NCBI GenBank assembly: GCA_005885035.1
Contig: VAXZ01000113.1
Coordinates: forward strand, 1 to 48,115
Reading direction: 5' to 3'
DNA from: Actinomycetota bacterium
Lineage (GTDB): Bacteria > Actinomycetota > UBA4738 > HRBIN12
DNA length: 48,115 bases
Within the stretch, counting starts at the first letter, position 1. Each line of letters begins with the position of its first letter. Both the position numbers and the translations under genes were made by a program. Shown here piece after piece: positions 1-9,217 of the stretch. Under the pieces are notes generated by a model. It had not been told where the DNA came from. It worked only from the letters and a program-made list of their open reading frames with translations, and ran no database searches.

Positions 1-6
1 GGCGGC

Positions 7-1497
7 ATGGTTGCGGTGATCCTCACGATCGCGACGATCTTCGGCGTTCGAGGTCGGTTCAAACGAGCGACCGGCGACGAACGGCAGCAGCTGCGGTGGC
101 TCGTCTTCGTCACGAGCCTCGCGGGGATCCTGTTCATCGTCGTCTTCGCGAGCGGGGCCGTCGCGAGCGTCTTCTTCCACATCGAGAACCCACACATCGC
201 TGGCGTCAGCACCGACCTGCTGTTCGGCCTGATGGCGGCCATCATCGTGATGGGGATCCCCGCGGCGTATCTGATCGCGATCTACCGGTACCACCTGTGG
301 GACCTCGACATCGTGATCAAGAAGGCATTGGTCTTCGCCGTGGTTGCCGGCGGGTTGACGCTCGTGTCCCTCGGCGTCGTGCTGCTGATCCCGGTCTTCG
401 TGGTTGGGACCGGTCTGACCGCGTGGGAACGCGGCCTGTTCATCGTCGGGGTTGCGATCGGGACGCTCTTCGGCCCGCTCCGGCACCTCGCGCGACGGTT
501 CGCGGATCGGGTGGTCTACCACACGCGCGCGACGCCGTACGAGGTCCTGACCGAGTTCGGCGGCCGCGTCGGCGAGACGTACTCTACGGACGACGTGCTT
601 CCTCGGATGGTGCGGATCCTTGCGAACGGTACCGGGGCATCGCGCGCCCGCGTGATGCTGTCCGTCGGCGGAGATCGGCGGGAGGCGGCAGCGTTCGGCG
701 GGGCGAACGGCTCCGCTGACCTCGTCGTTCCCGTCATGCACCAAGGAGAGGAGCTCGGCGCGCTCGAGGTCACGATGCCGGCGAACGACCCGCTCGATCC
801 GAGTCGAGAGAAGCTGGTGAACGACCTGGCAGCGCAGGCGGGACCCGTGCTCCGGAACGTCCGCTTGATCGAGGAGCTGCGCGCGTCGAGGCAGCGTCTC
901 GTCGCCGCGCAGGACGAGGAGCGTCGGAAGATCGAGCGGAACCTCCACGACGGCGCTCAGCAGCAGCTGGTCGCCCTCGCGGTCGAGCTGCGGCTGCTGG
1001 AGCAGTCCGCGGGCAAGGATCCCGAACGGGACCGTCAGCTCGCGGCGAGGCTCGGCTCCCAGGCGAACGCCGCCCTCGAAGATCTGCGCGACCTCGCGCG
1101 CGGGGTCTACCCGCCGCTCCTGGCGGACAAAGGGCTCGCCGCGGCCCTCGAGGCCCAGTCACGCAAGGCGGCCGTCCCCACGACGGTCGATGCTGACGGC
1201 GTGGGTCGGTACCCCCAGGAGATCGAGTCGGCCGTCTACTTCTGCGTTCTCGAAGCGCTGAACAACGTCGCGAAATACGCGGGGGCCACGCGCGCGACCA
1301 TCACGCTGGCGCAGGCCGACGGTCACCTCGTGTTCGAGGTGGACGACGACGGAGCGGGGTTCGAGGTGGATCGGGTGCGTGTCGGGACCGGCATCCAGGG
1401 GATGGCCGACCGGCTCGATGCGATCGGGGGCTCGCTCACGGTCCGGAGCGTTCCCGGCGAGGGCTCGACCGTCGGCGGACGGGTGCCGGTCGCGTAA
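7..1497 (+). CDS. sensor histidine kinase (HisKA_3 / NarL-partner class), polytopic N-terminus plus GAF-like middle region; 5' end may lie outside the window
   Basis: 496-aa ORF. The first ~170 aa are strongly hydrophobic (several TM helices). H-box RRKIERNLHDGAQQQLVAL. ATPase boxes LEALNNVAKYA, DDDGAGF, GTGIQGMADR. Nt 1-6 are open in frame, so the true start may be upstream of nt 1. Confidence 0.85.
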   Translation: MVAVILTIATIFGVRGRFKRATGDERQQLRWLVFVTSLAGILFIVVFASGAVASVFFHIENPHIAGVSTDLLFGLMAAIIVMGIPAAYLIAIYRYHLWDLDIVIKKALVFAVVAGGLTLVSLGVVLLIPVFVVGTGLTAWERGLFIVGVAIGTLFGPLRHLARRFADRVVYHTRATPYEVLTEFGGRVGETYSTDDVLPRMVRILANGTGASRARVMLSVGGDRREAAAFGGANGSADLVVPVMHQGEELGALEVTMPANDPLDPSREKLVNDLAAQAGPVLRNVRLIEELRASRQRLVAAQDEERRKIERNLHDGAQQQLVALAVELRLLEQSAGKDPERDRQLAARLGSQANAALEDLRDLARGVYPPLLADKGLAAALEAQSRKAAVPTTVDADGVGRYPQEIESAVYFCVLEALNNVAKYAGATRATITLAQADGHLVFEVDDDGAGFEVDRVRVGTGIQGMADRLDAIGGSLTVRSVPGEGSTVGGRVPVA

Positions 1498-1509
1498 AGC
1501 TCGGCCGAT

Positions 1510-1881
1510 TCATGACCTGGAGGCGTCGGCCCAGGCCGCCTCCAGGCGGTCTGGGCCGAATACCGCCTTGGGGATGTACGAGGCCGCGCCGCATTCCGCG
1601 GCGCGCGGCGCGTACTCCTCTTCTTCGTACGTCGAGAGCAGCAGCACGACCGGCGGACCATCGGCCCCGAGGATGCGACGGGTCGCTTCGAGCCCGTCGA
1701 TCCCGGGAAGGTTGACGTCCATCAGCACGAGGTCGGGCGCGAGGTCGGCCGCCATCGCGACGCCGTCCTCCCCGGTCTCGGCCTCGCCGACGACCTCGAA
1801 GCCATCGGTAACGTCGACGACCATGCGCGCCGCGAGGCGGAACGGCTCCTGGTCATCGACGATCAACACGCGAACCGACAT
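1510..1881 (-). CDS. stand-alone receiver-domain response regulator (no output domain)
   Basis: An ATG at 1881 (checked in the sequence) inside ORF 1510..2475 gives 123 aa. Motifs: MSVRVLIVDDQ acidic pocket, LVLMDVNLPGIDG phospho-Asp, LLLSTY, YIPKA Lys. The upstream part of the long ORF is Arg/Pro/Ser-rich and looks like out-of-frame sequence. Confidence 0.85.
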   Translation of the reverse strand: MSVRVLIVDDQEPFRLAARMVVDVTDGFEVVGEAETGEDGVAMAADLAPDLVLMDVNLPGIDGLEATRRILGADGPPVVLLLSTYEEEEYAPRAAECGAASYIPKAVFGPDRLEAAWADASRS

Positions 1882-1966
1882 CTGGACCTCCACGTCAAGC
1901 GTCGCAGAGGACCCGGGTGGCTGACAGTGGTGCCAGCACCACTCCGCGGGCGGGCCTGCACGCGAC

Positions 1967-3427
1967 TCAGGATCGGTGCTGCTCGTCCGCCTCGCGGCGT
2001 TCCTTCGAGCCCGGCTTCTTGATCGCAGCGGTTCGTGCGAGCTTCGCGCGCAGATCGTCCGCCGCATCGCTGGGACCGTGGTCGGCGACAGGCTCCACCA
2101 ACCGGTCGAGCAGATCCGAGGCCGATTCCGGGCCGGCCGACGCCCGCGCAGGCTGCAACTCCGGGACCACCACGACCTCAGGCCGCGCGCCGGCATCGGT
2201 CGGTTCGGCCTTCGCGACGGGCTCGGGTTCGGGTGTGGTGATCGGCTCCGGCGCGGGGGCGGGTTCCGGAGGTGGAACGATCGGTGCCGGCTCGGGCTGG
2301 GGCGTTTCGACGACGGGCTCGGGCTGGGGTGCTGCGACAGGTTCGGGCACCGACGGCTTCGGAGCAGGAACCGCAACCGGCCTCGGTTTCGACGACCGCC
2401 TCGGTGCTCTCTCCTTCTTCTTCGGGACGACCGATGACCGGCCGCGTGCCGCAGGAGCGCGTTTGGCTTGCGCAACCACGACCGGCTCGGTCTCCGGCGG
2501 GGCGACGATCTCCTCGAACTCGGGAACCTCGACGACCTCGCGGGACACCGGCGTCGGCTGCGGCACCGGCATCACACTCCGACGTCCCGGCTGCGCCAGC
2601 GCCGCCAGGGCTTGCTGCAGTCGACCTTCCGCCCGAAGGCGCGCGGCCTCGCTCACCTCCAGCTTGTGCTGGAGCGAGGCGAGGCGCTCCTTGATCCGAT
2701 CGCCCGCTTGTTCGATCGCGACCGCGCGATCGACCTCGATCAACGCGAGGTCTTCCGGCACCGACCCGGCGAAGAAGGGCACCCCGGTCCCGATTTTCGC
2801 CGTCGGCTCGCGCATCGACAGCAACGAGAGGGTGAGGGCCAACAGAAGCCCGAGCCCGATCGCGATCTGGTAGCCGAGCCATGAGGCGCGAACGTCCGAC
2901 GTCAGCGTTCCATCTCGGTACTCGAACTGCGCCACGAGCGGCTGGCCGCCGATCGCCGTGTACGAGTAGAACGCTGCGGGCCCTGGCTCGTTCGTCGGCG
3001 TCCGGTGCGTGACCACCCAGGTCGGCGCGCCCTTGGCCGCGATCGCCGTGTTGATGTCCGTTTCGTTCAGCGAGGCGGAATCGAGTGGCTCGTGGACCGA
3101 GGACCACAACAGGAAGTGTTGCTTCGACCAGAGCCGGACCGCTCGGATCCGAGTGTCGTTCACGAGGATCTCGTCGTGCACCTCCTCGGCGAGGACATCG
3201 CTCCGCGAGCCCGTGATCGATGACCATGCGAGCGCCGACGCCACGTTCGGCTCGATCACCCGTTGGCTGAGGTCGGCATCGACGGCCGCGGTGTCGCGGT
3301 GCCGCGCGGCGACGGCTCGGTGCTCCGCCGGGAAGGTCAACACGAACAGTACGAGGAGCACCATGGCGAACGGCCACCACACCTTGGCGCTCACGTCATC
3401 CAGCGTGAAGCGATCGATGAAGCGCAT
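1967..3427 (-). CDS. two-TM membrane protein with ~200-aa extracytoplasmic domain, coiled coil and Pro/Glu-rich tail (function unknown)
   Basis: An ATG at 3427 (MRFIDRF...) avoids overlap with holB. TM1 is WWPFAMVLLVLFVLTF and TM2 is IAIGLGLLLALTLSLLSM. Coiled coil: IKERLASLQHKLEVSEAARLRAEGRLQQ. The tail carries PEPxP repeats. I recognise no family. Confidence 0.6.
   Translation of the reverse strand: MRFIDRFTLDDVSAKVWWPFAMVLLVLFVLTFPAEHRAVAARHRDTAAVDADLSQRVIEPNVASALAWSSITGSRSDVLAEEVHDEILVNDTRIRAVRLWSKQHFLLWSSVHEPLDSASLNETDINTAIAAKGAPTWVVTHRTPTNEPGPAAFYSYTAIGGQPLVAQFEYRDGTLTSDVRASWLGYQIAIGLGLLLALTLSLLSMREPTAKIGTGVPFFAGSVPEDLALIEVDRAVAIEQAGDRIKERLASLQHKLEVSEAARLRAEGRLQQALAALAQPGRRSVMPVPQPTPVSREVVEVPEFEEIVAPPETEPVVVAQAKRAPAARGRSSVVPKKKERAPRRSSKPRPVAVPAPKPSVPEPVAAPQPEPVVETPQPEPAPIVPPPEPAPAPEPITTPEPEPVAKAEPTDAGARPEVVVVPELQPARASAGPESASDLLDRLVEPVADHGPSDAADDLRAKLARTAAIKKPGSKERREADEQHRS
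2201..2356 (-). repeat. imperfect short tandem repeats encoding the PEP/PQPEP low-complexity tract of the 1967..3427 protein
   Basis: Protein tract PSVPEPVAAPQPEPVVETPQPEPAPIVPPPEPAPAPEPITTPEPEPVAKAEP. The DNA shows reiterated gggctcgggctgggg-like units on the + strand. Confidence 0.6.
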
Positions 3428-3521
3428 CCCCCTGGCGTCCCTCCTCAGCGCCCGACGGTTGAGGGTACCTTCCCAGGTCAGGTGGGTCGACGGCCGGAAG
3501 TCGGTGCGGCTGGCGAAAGGC

Positions 3522-4637
3522 CTACCCGCGTTCCTCCAGCGAGAGCTGGAGGAACGCACGTTCCACGACGAGCCGCGGGTTGAGGTTGACATCGTCAGCG
3601 AGGGCCGCCCGAGCCTCCTCCATCGCCGCGAGCCCCGCCACGGCCTTCGTCGCCGAACCCTCCTTGGCCGCCTTCCGATCCGGGTTCAGCAGGGCGCGGG
3701 CGGACACCCCCGTCCCGGCCGCCACCGAGTCGCGGAGCAGGGCCGAGGCGGCCATCAGCACGCGATCCAGATGATCGCGTTCGGCCCGACGCTCTCGGCG
3801 GTGGAACCGGGTCTCGATCCTCCGGATCGAGCCCCGGTACGCCTCCTCGGGCCGACCCTTCTCGTCCAGGAAGGGCGCGAGCTCGGCATCGAGCTCGCGC
3901 CCCAGTCCCTTCTTGTGCTCGGCCGCCGCCGCGATCACCGCGTCGGCGGCCTGGAGCGCGCCCGCCGGGCCTTTGGATCCGAGCTCCAGGGCGTGCGCGG
4001 CCACGTCGCGGAACGCGAGCCCGTCGTCATCCACCGCCATCCGCCGGGCTCGGCCGAGGTTCCCGCCCGCGAGCCGGGCGGCGAGCCGTGCGCGGGTCGC
4101 CGCGACGCCCTCGGCCTCGAGCTGCTCGACCACGAAGGGCTCGCTCAGCGCCGTGAAGGTCACGATGTGGCACCGGCTCCAGATCGTCTCGGGCAGCTCG
4201 TGCGCCCTTGCGGAGAGCAACAGGAAGACGGCGTCGGCGGGCGGCTCCTCCAGGACCTTCAGCAAGGTATCGGCGGCCGACGGCGACAGCCGGTCGGCCT
4301 CGCGGAGCAGGAAGACCTTCCGGCCCGGCTCCGGCGCGGTCAGGTAGGCGGGATGCCACACCTCGTCGCGGACGGTATCGACGTGGATGTCCCGTCCCTC
4401 CGGCTCGACCACGAACTCGTTCGGATGCTGGTCGCGGAGCGCGAGCCGGCAGTCGCGGCACTCCCCGCACCCACCGTTGGCACACAAGAGGGAGGCCGCG
4501 AAGGCCCGAGCGGCGAGCGACTTCCCCGAGCCTTCGGGCCCTGCGAAGACGTAAGCGTGGTGCGGACGTTCGGCGGCGCCACGGAGGAACGTCATGGCGG
4601 CGTCCTGCCCGGGCACCTGATCGAGAACCGTCTGCAC
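3522..4637 (-). CDS. holB: DNA polymerase III delta-prime subunit
   Basis: 371 aa with a GTG start. Motifs: HAYVFAGPEGSGKS (Walker A), zinc module CANGGCGECRDC, VFLLREADRLSPSAADTLLKVLEEPP, SRCHIVTF (sensor motif). Confidence 0.9.
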   Translation of the reverse strand: MQTVLDQVPGQDAAMTFLRGAAERPHHAYVFAGPEGSGKSLAARAFAASLLCANGGCGECRDCRLALRDQHPNEFVVEPEGRDIHVDTVRDEVWHPAYLTAPEPGRKVFLLREADRLSPSAADTLLKVLEEPPADAVFLLLSARAHELPETIWSRCHIVTFTALSEPFVVEQLEAEGVAATRARLAARLAGGNLGRARRMAVDDDGLAFRDVAAHALELGSKGPAGALQAADAVIAAAAEHKKGLGRELDAELAPFLDEKGRPEEAYRGSIRRIETRFHRRERRAERDHLDRVLMAASALLRDSVAAGTGVSARALLNPDRKAAKEGSATKAVAGLAAMEEARAALADDVNLNPRLVVERAFLQLSLEERG

Positions 4638-4684
4638 CTCACCAAGACTAACGACGGTCGCGGACGTGCGGATCTTCGAGGGAT

Positions 4685-5353
4685 CTAGCTCGTCGGGTGG
4701 TGATCATCGCGCTCGTGGACCGCGCGCTCCAGCGCCTCGCGGACCGAATCGAAGACCGCGGCCGGATCGCGGTTGGCGTCAACCACGACGAACCGCTCCG
4801 GATGTTCTTCCGCGATCTTGAGGTACGCGTCCGCGACCTTCGCGAGGAACTGTTGTCCCTCCTGCTCCATCCGATCGCGCGGCTCGTCCTCGGATCGTGC
4901 CATCCCGAGCTCGGGCTCCAGGTGCAACAGGATCACCATATCCGGGAACAACCCCTGGGTCGCCCAGACGTTCAGTGACAAGACGTCGGGCTCGCCCAAC
5001 CCGCGCGCCCACCCTTGATAGGCGAGCGACGAGTCCACGTACCGGTCGCAGATCACGACCTTGCCCTCCGCCAGCGCCGGCCGGATCACGCTGGCCACGG
5101 TCTGTGCGCGGGAGGCGGCGAACAGCAAGGCCTCGGCTCGGGCATCCAGCTTGCCGGTCGCCGGATCGAGCAGGAGCTCGCGGATCTGCTCGCCCGCGAC
5201 CGTGCCCCCGGGTTCGCGGGTGACGAGGACGTCGAGACCGAGCGACCGCAGGTGGGCCTCGGCCATCGAGATCTGCGTGCCCTTGCCGGCGCCCTCGACG
5301 CCTTCGAAGGCGATGAACAGGCCGGTGGCGGGAGGTCGCTTGAGTTTGGGCAC
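4685..5353 (-). CDS. tmk: thymidylate (dTMP) kinase
   Basis: Motifs: GLFIAFEGVEGAGKGTQ (P-loop), TREPGGT, DRYVDSSLAYQG. I chose GTG 5353 (MPKLKRPPATGLFIAFEG), about 10 residues before the P-loop strand. The longest ORF starts at TTG 5428. Confidence 0.85.
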   Translation of the reverse strand: MPKLKRPPATGLFIAFEGVEGAGKGTQISMAEAHLRSLGLDVLVTREPGGTVAGEQIRELLLDPATGKLDARAEALLFAASRAQTVASVIRPALAEGKVVICDRYVDSSLAYQGWARGLGEPDVLSLNVWATQGLFPDMVILLHLEPELGMARSEDEPRDRMEQEGQQFLAKVADAYLKIAEEHPERFVVVDANRDPAAVFDSVREALERAVHERDDHHPTS

Positions 5354-6614
5354 GAGGGTGAGCGGGACGGGTCGCGACAGACGGTACCGCTTGAGCAAGC
5401 GCCTGGTGTTGATCGAAGCCCTGCGCAAGCGTCGGGAAGGCCGCGAGCGACAGGAACAGAACCATCCGCGACAACGTCGTCAACGAACCGAACGTCCGGC
5501 CACGGAACTCGTCAACGACGTTCTCCTGCAGCAGCGTGTACCCGCTGACCCACGCCAGACCGCAGAACGCCCCGAGCCAGACGGTGAACACGATGGCCCA
5601 GGAGAGGTTGGGCATCGTCGCCAGGACGAACAGGGCGGCCGCGGCGGCGACCAGCGACCAGACGAAAACGATCTCGCGCTCGACGACCTTGGCCGCCTGC
5701 CCCGCCGTCGCCATCCCGAGCCCCATCCCGACGCCGAACGCAGTCACGACTAGCCCCCACCCCGATGGCCCGGCTTCGAGCGTCGACGTCACGAACACCG
5801 GGCCGATCGCCAGCACCGCGCCGACGGCACCGAAGGCGACCACGATGCCGCCCGTCATCGCCGACGCGATCGAGTTCTCGCGCAGGAAGTTGATCCCGTC
5901 TTTCGTGTCACGCCAGACGCGCGACAGCGTCAGGCGTTCCGTCGAGTGGCTCGGCTGCGGTCGGATGGGGATCCCCGCGACCATGCTCGCCGAGAACAAG
6001 AACGTGCCCGCGTCCAGCAGCAGGGCGAGCGACTCCGGCTGGGTCGCGAGCGCCGGGATCCGACCGCCCATCCAGATGGAGACGGCGGTGAGGACCGCGA
6101 ACGCCGCGCCGCCGATCGGAAGCGTCGCGTAGGCGCTCAGCAACACGAGCGAGTTGGCGTTCGCGAGCTGCCGTCGTGGCACGAGGTTGGGAAGCGAAGC
6201 ATCCCGCGCCGGACCCCAGACCAAGGACAGGCACTCGATCGCGAAGGACAGCAGGTAGATCGCCCACAACTCGCGCAGGAAGACCATCGACAGGTACATC
6301 GCGCCGCGCGCCAGATCGGCGATGATCATCAATCGCTTGCGATCGAGCCGATCGACCAGTGTTCCCGCGATCGGACCGAACAGGAACGCTGGAAGCGTGC
6401 GGGCGATCATCACGCCCGCGACGGCGAGCAGGGCGGTTCCGCCACCCAGGTTCGCGACGATGGCCGTCACCGCGACGAACCCGACCCAGTCGCCGAACGA
6501 CGAGACCGACATGGCCGCGAGGAGCCGGGCGAACGCCCGGTGCGTCAGCAGGTCCTTGAAGGTCGCCGACCGGGCGCCGCGGAGGACCTCGACCTCCTCG
6601 GCGATGGTCGACAC
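4779..6614 (-). CDS. MFS transporter; only the N-terminal ~400 aa look genuine, and the 3' ~570 nt run out of frame across tmk
   Basis: GTG start at 6614, 15 nt after the topA stop. About 12 hydrophobic helices. MFS loop motif VDRLDRKRLMIIADL. After ...LFLSLAAFPTLAQGF the translation becomes Arg/Pro/Gly-rich junk with no stop until 4779, overlapping tmk in another frame. Confidence 0.6.
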   Translation of the reverse strand: MSTIAEEVEVLRGARSATFKDLLTHRAFARLLAAMSVSSFGDWVGFVAVTAIVANLGGGTALLAVAGVMIARTLPAFLFGPIAGTLVDRLDRKRLMIIADLARGAMYLSMVFLRELWAIYLLSFAIECLSLVWGPARDASLPNLVPRRQLANANSLVLLSAYATLPIGGAAFAVLTAVSIWMGGRIPALATQPESLALLLDAGTFLFSASMVAGIPIRPQPSHSTERLTLSRVWRDTKDGINFLRENSIASAMTGGIVVAFGAVGAVLAIGPVFVTSTLEAGPSGWGLVVTAFGVGMGLGMATAGQAAKVVEREIVFVWSLVAAAAALFVLATMPNLSWAIVFTVWLGAFCGLAWVSGYTLLQENVVDEFRGRTFGSLTTLSRMVLFLSLAAFPTLAQGFDQHQALAQAVPSVATRPAHPRAQTQATSRHRPVHRLRRRRGRRQGHADLDGRGPPAVARSRRPRHPRTRGHGRGRADPRAPARSGDRQAGCPSRGLAVRRLPRTDRGQRDPAGAGGGQGRDLRPVRGLVARLSRVGARVGRARRLVTERLGDPGVVPGYGDPVAPGARARDGTIRGRAARSDGAGGTTVPREGRGRVPQDRGRTSGAVRRG

Positions 6615-6629
6615 GGCCGGCCGGGCCTC

Positions 6630-9083
6630 CTAGGCCTTCTTCGCGGCGTTCTTCTTGCTTGCCGTGGTCTTCGCCTTCGCAGTGGTCTTCTTCTTCGGCG
6701 CCGGCTTCTTCCGCGCCGCGGCCTTGCGCGCGCGCGCCTCGGCCTTGAGGCGTCGCGCCTCGGCCTCCGCATCCACGTCACCCGACTTGGTGACGTTGAA
6801 GTCCAGATCCAGCTCGGCGCCGCAGTTCCAGCAGCGCAGCGACTTCGGACGACGGAGCAGCAGGGAGCCACACTCGGGGCAGGGGCGATCCTTCTCGGGC
6901 GGGTTGTTCACCGCCAGGTCGCACTCGGGGTACCGGTCGCATCCGTAGAACGTCCCGAAGCGGGTGTGCTTCTCCACCAGCTCCCCACGGTGGCACTGGG
7001 GGCAGGTCACGCCGGTGGAGGTGGGCGGGTCCTTCTTGATGTACCGGCACTCCGGATACCCGCTGCATCCCACGAACGGCCCGTAGCGTCCGACGCGACG
7101 CTGGAGCTGCCGGCCGCAATCCGGACAGGTCTCGTCGAGCAGCTCCGGCTCGGCGCGCTCGGTCCCGTCCATGTTGCGGATGTAACGGCACTCCGGGTAG
7201 TTGGGGCACCCGATGAACTTGCCGTAGCGGCCCAGCTTGACCTGCAGCCTGCCCGGCTCCCTCCCCTCCTGGGGACAGAGCGGGCACAGCTCGTCGAGCT
7301 CCTCGGAGAACCGCTCGAAGGAACCCTCGGCTTTCTCGAGGGCGCGCTCGAACGGGCCGTTGAACTCCTCGAGCATCTGGACCTTGCGGAGCTGCCCTTC
7401 GGCGATGTCGTCCAGCTCCTTCTCCATGTAGGCCGTGAAGTCGGGGTTGACGATGTCGGGGAAGTGCTCGACGAGTTTGTCCGTCACCACGTAGCCGACG
7501 TCCTCGGGTCGGAACCGTCGATCCTCCAGGCGGACGTATCCGCGGTCCTGGATCGTCGAGATGATCGACGCGTAGGTGGACGGTCGCCCGATCCCGAGCT
7601 CCTCGAGCTTCTTCACGAGCGAAGCTTCGGTGTATCGGGGGGGCGGTTGCGTGAAGTGCTGCTCCGGCAGGACCTCGAGCATGCGGAGGAGCTGCTCCGC
7701 CGCGAGCACCGGCAGCGCGGCCTCGGCGTCCTCGTCCGGCTCGTCGTCGCGCCCCTCCCGGTAGAGCTTCAGGAACCCGTCGAAGGTGAGGGTCTGGCCG
7801 GTAGCCCGGAGCCCGTAGCGAGCCTGCCCGCCGCCGTGACCGTTGGCGGGTGCGAGCGCCTCGATGTCGATCCCCACCTGGTCGAACCGCGCGTCGGCCA
7901 TCTGGGTCGCCACGGTCCGTTGCCAGATCAAGGTGTAGAGCCGGAGCTGATCGCGATCGAGCGCCGCCGCGACACGCTGCGGCGTCCGGAACACGCTGGT
8001 GGGGCGGACCGCCTCGTGAGCTTCCTGCGCGTTGCGGGAACGGGTCTTGTACCGGCGCGCGTCGGCCAGTGAATAGGCCCTGCCATAGTCCTGCTTGACG
8101 AGCTCCGCGATCTCGCGGAGCGCCGAGTCCGCGATCGTCACGGAGTCCGTCCGCATGTACGTGATCAGACCGGTCGTCCCCTCGCCCGGCAGGTCGATGC
8201 CCTCGTAGAGCCGCTGGGCGAGCGTCATGGTCTTGCGGGCGCTGAACCCGAGCTTGCGAGCGGCTTCCTGCTGGAGGGTCGAGGTCGTGAACGGCGGCGT
8301 CGGCGAGCGCTTCCGCTCCTTCTTCTCCACCGCGATGACCCGGTAGGAGGCCCGGCGGAGCCGCTCGGCGTGTTGCCCGGCGTCGCCCTCCGTCCCGAGG
8401 AGCAGCCCCTTCTTGTCGGGACCGGTGGCGAGCTTGCCCTCGGGGACCTCGGTGAGCCGTGCGAGGAACGGCTGCTCGACGTCCTCGGGGGTGAGACGGA
8501 CGTCGATGCTCCAGTACTCGACGGGAACGAACGCGTCGATCTCGCGCTCGCGCTCCACGATCAGGCGAACGGCCACCGACTGGACACGGCCGGCGGACAA
8601 GCCGGGCTGGACCCGCTTCCACAGGAGCGGCGAGATCTTGTAGCCGACGAGCCGGTCGAGGATCCGCCGGGCCTCCTGGGCGTCGAAGAGCTCCATGTCG
8701 ATCGTCCGCGGGTGAGCGAAGGCCTCGAGGATGGCGTCACGCGTGATCTCGGTGAAGGTCACCCGCTTCGCCCCGGCGGGCTCCACGCCCAGGAGGGTCG
8801 CCACGTGGAAGGCGATGGCTTCCCCCTCACGGTCGTAGTCGGTCGCGAGGACGAGATCCTCGTTCTGCTTCAGGGCCCTCTTCAGGTCGGCCACGTGCCG
8901 CTTCGAGTCCTCCGGGACCTCGTACTGCACGGCGAAGTCCTGATCGGGGTCGACCCCGAGCTTGGAGCGAGGCAGGTCCCGGATGTGCCCATACGAAGCG
9001 CGGACGGCATAGCCGTCACCCAGGTACTTCTCGATCGTCTTCGCCTTGGCGGGCGATTCGACGACGACGAGCGTCTTGGTCAT
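6630..9083 (-). CDS. topA: DNA topoisomerase I
   Basis: ATG 9083 (MTKTLVVVESPAKAKTIEKYLG, Toprim) is preceded by GGAGGAAGC. Motifs: DYDREGEAI and active-site GLITYMRTDS. Four C-terminal C4 zinc ribbons. Lys-rich tail KKPAPKKKTTAKAKTTASKK. Confidence 0.95.
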   Translation of the reverse strand: MTKTLVVVESPAKAKTIEKYLGDGYAVRASYGHIRDLPRSKLGVDPDQDFAVQYEVPEDSKRHVADLKRALKQNEDLVLATDYDREGEAIAFHVATLLGVEPAGAKRVTFTEITRDAILEAFAHPRTIDMELFDAQEARRILDRLVGYKISPLLWKRVQPGLSAGRVQSVAVRLIVEREREIDAFVPVEYWSIDVRLTPEDVEQPFLARLTEVPEGKLATGPDKKGLLLGTEGDAGQHAERLRRASYRVIAVEKKERKRSPTPPFTTSTLQQEAARKLGFSARKTMTLAQRLYEGIDLPGEGTTGLITYMRTDSVTIADSALREIAELVKQDYGRAYSLADARRYKTRSRNAQEAHEAVRPTSVFRTPQRVAAALDRDQLRLYTLIWQRTVATQMADARFDQVGIDIEALAPANGHGGGQARYGLRATGQTLTFDGFLKLYREGRDDEPDEDAEAALPVLAAEQLLRMLEVLPEQHFTQPPPRYTEASLVKKLEELGIGRPSTYASIISTIQDRGYVRLEDRRFRPEDVGYVVTDKLVEHFPDIVNPDFTAYMEKELDDIAEGQLRKVQMLEEFNGPFERALEKAEGSFERFSEELDELCPLCPQEGREPGRLQVKLGRYGKFIGCPNYPECRYIRNMDGTERAEPELLDETCPDCGRQLQRRVGRYGPFVGCSGYPECRYIKKDPPTSTGVTCPQCHRGELVEKHTRFGTFYGCDRYPECDLAVNNPPEKDRPCPECGSLLLRRPKSLRCWNCGAELDLDFNVTKSGDVDAEAEARRLKAEARARKAAARKKPAPKKKTTAKAKTTASKKNAAKKA

Positions 9084-9217
9084 CTCGGTTGCTTCCTCCG
9101 GTGCCGGACGGTACCACCGGCCGCCTCTGCGGCTGGCATGGCCGTCACGAGACCGCCACAACGCGCTGCTACGCTCGGCGTATTCCCCGTACCCCTTGAG
9201 GCCACCTCGGAGGACGC

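Noticed and set aside
2201-2356. Short tandem DNA repeats as a possible CRISPR or VNTR locus
   Set aside because: The repeats are in-frame and imperfect, and encode a PEPxP low-complexity tract within a long ORF. There is no repeat-spacer periodicity and no cas genes.
5946-8072. 708-aa plus-strand ORF
   Set aside because: It is antisense to topA and the MFS gene. The translation is Arg/Gly/Asp/Glu-rich with no recognisable motif. The opposite strand encodes textbook topoisomerase I motifs. This is a typical shadow ORF of GC-rich DNA.
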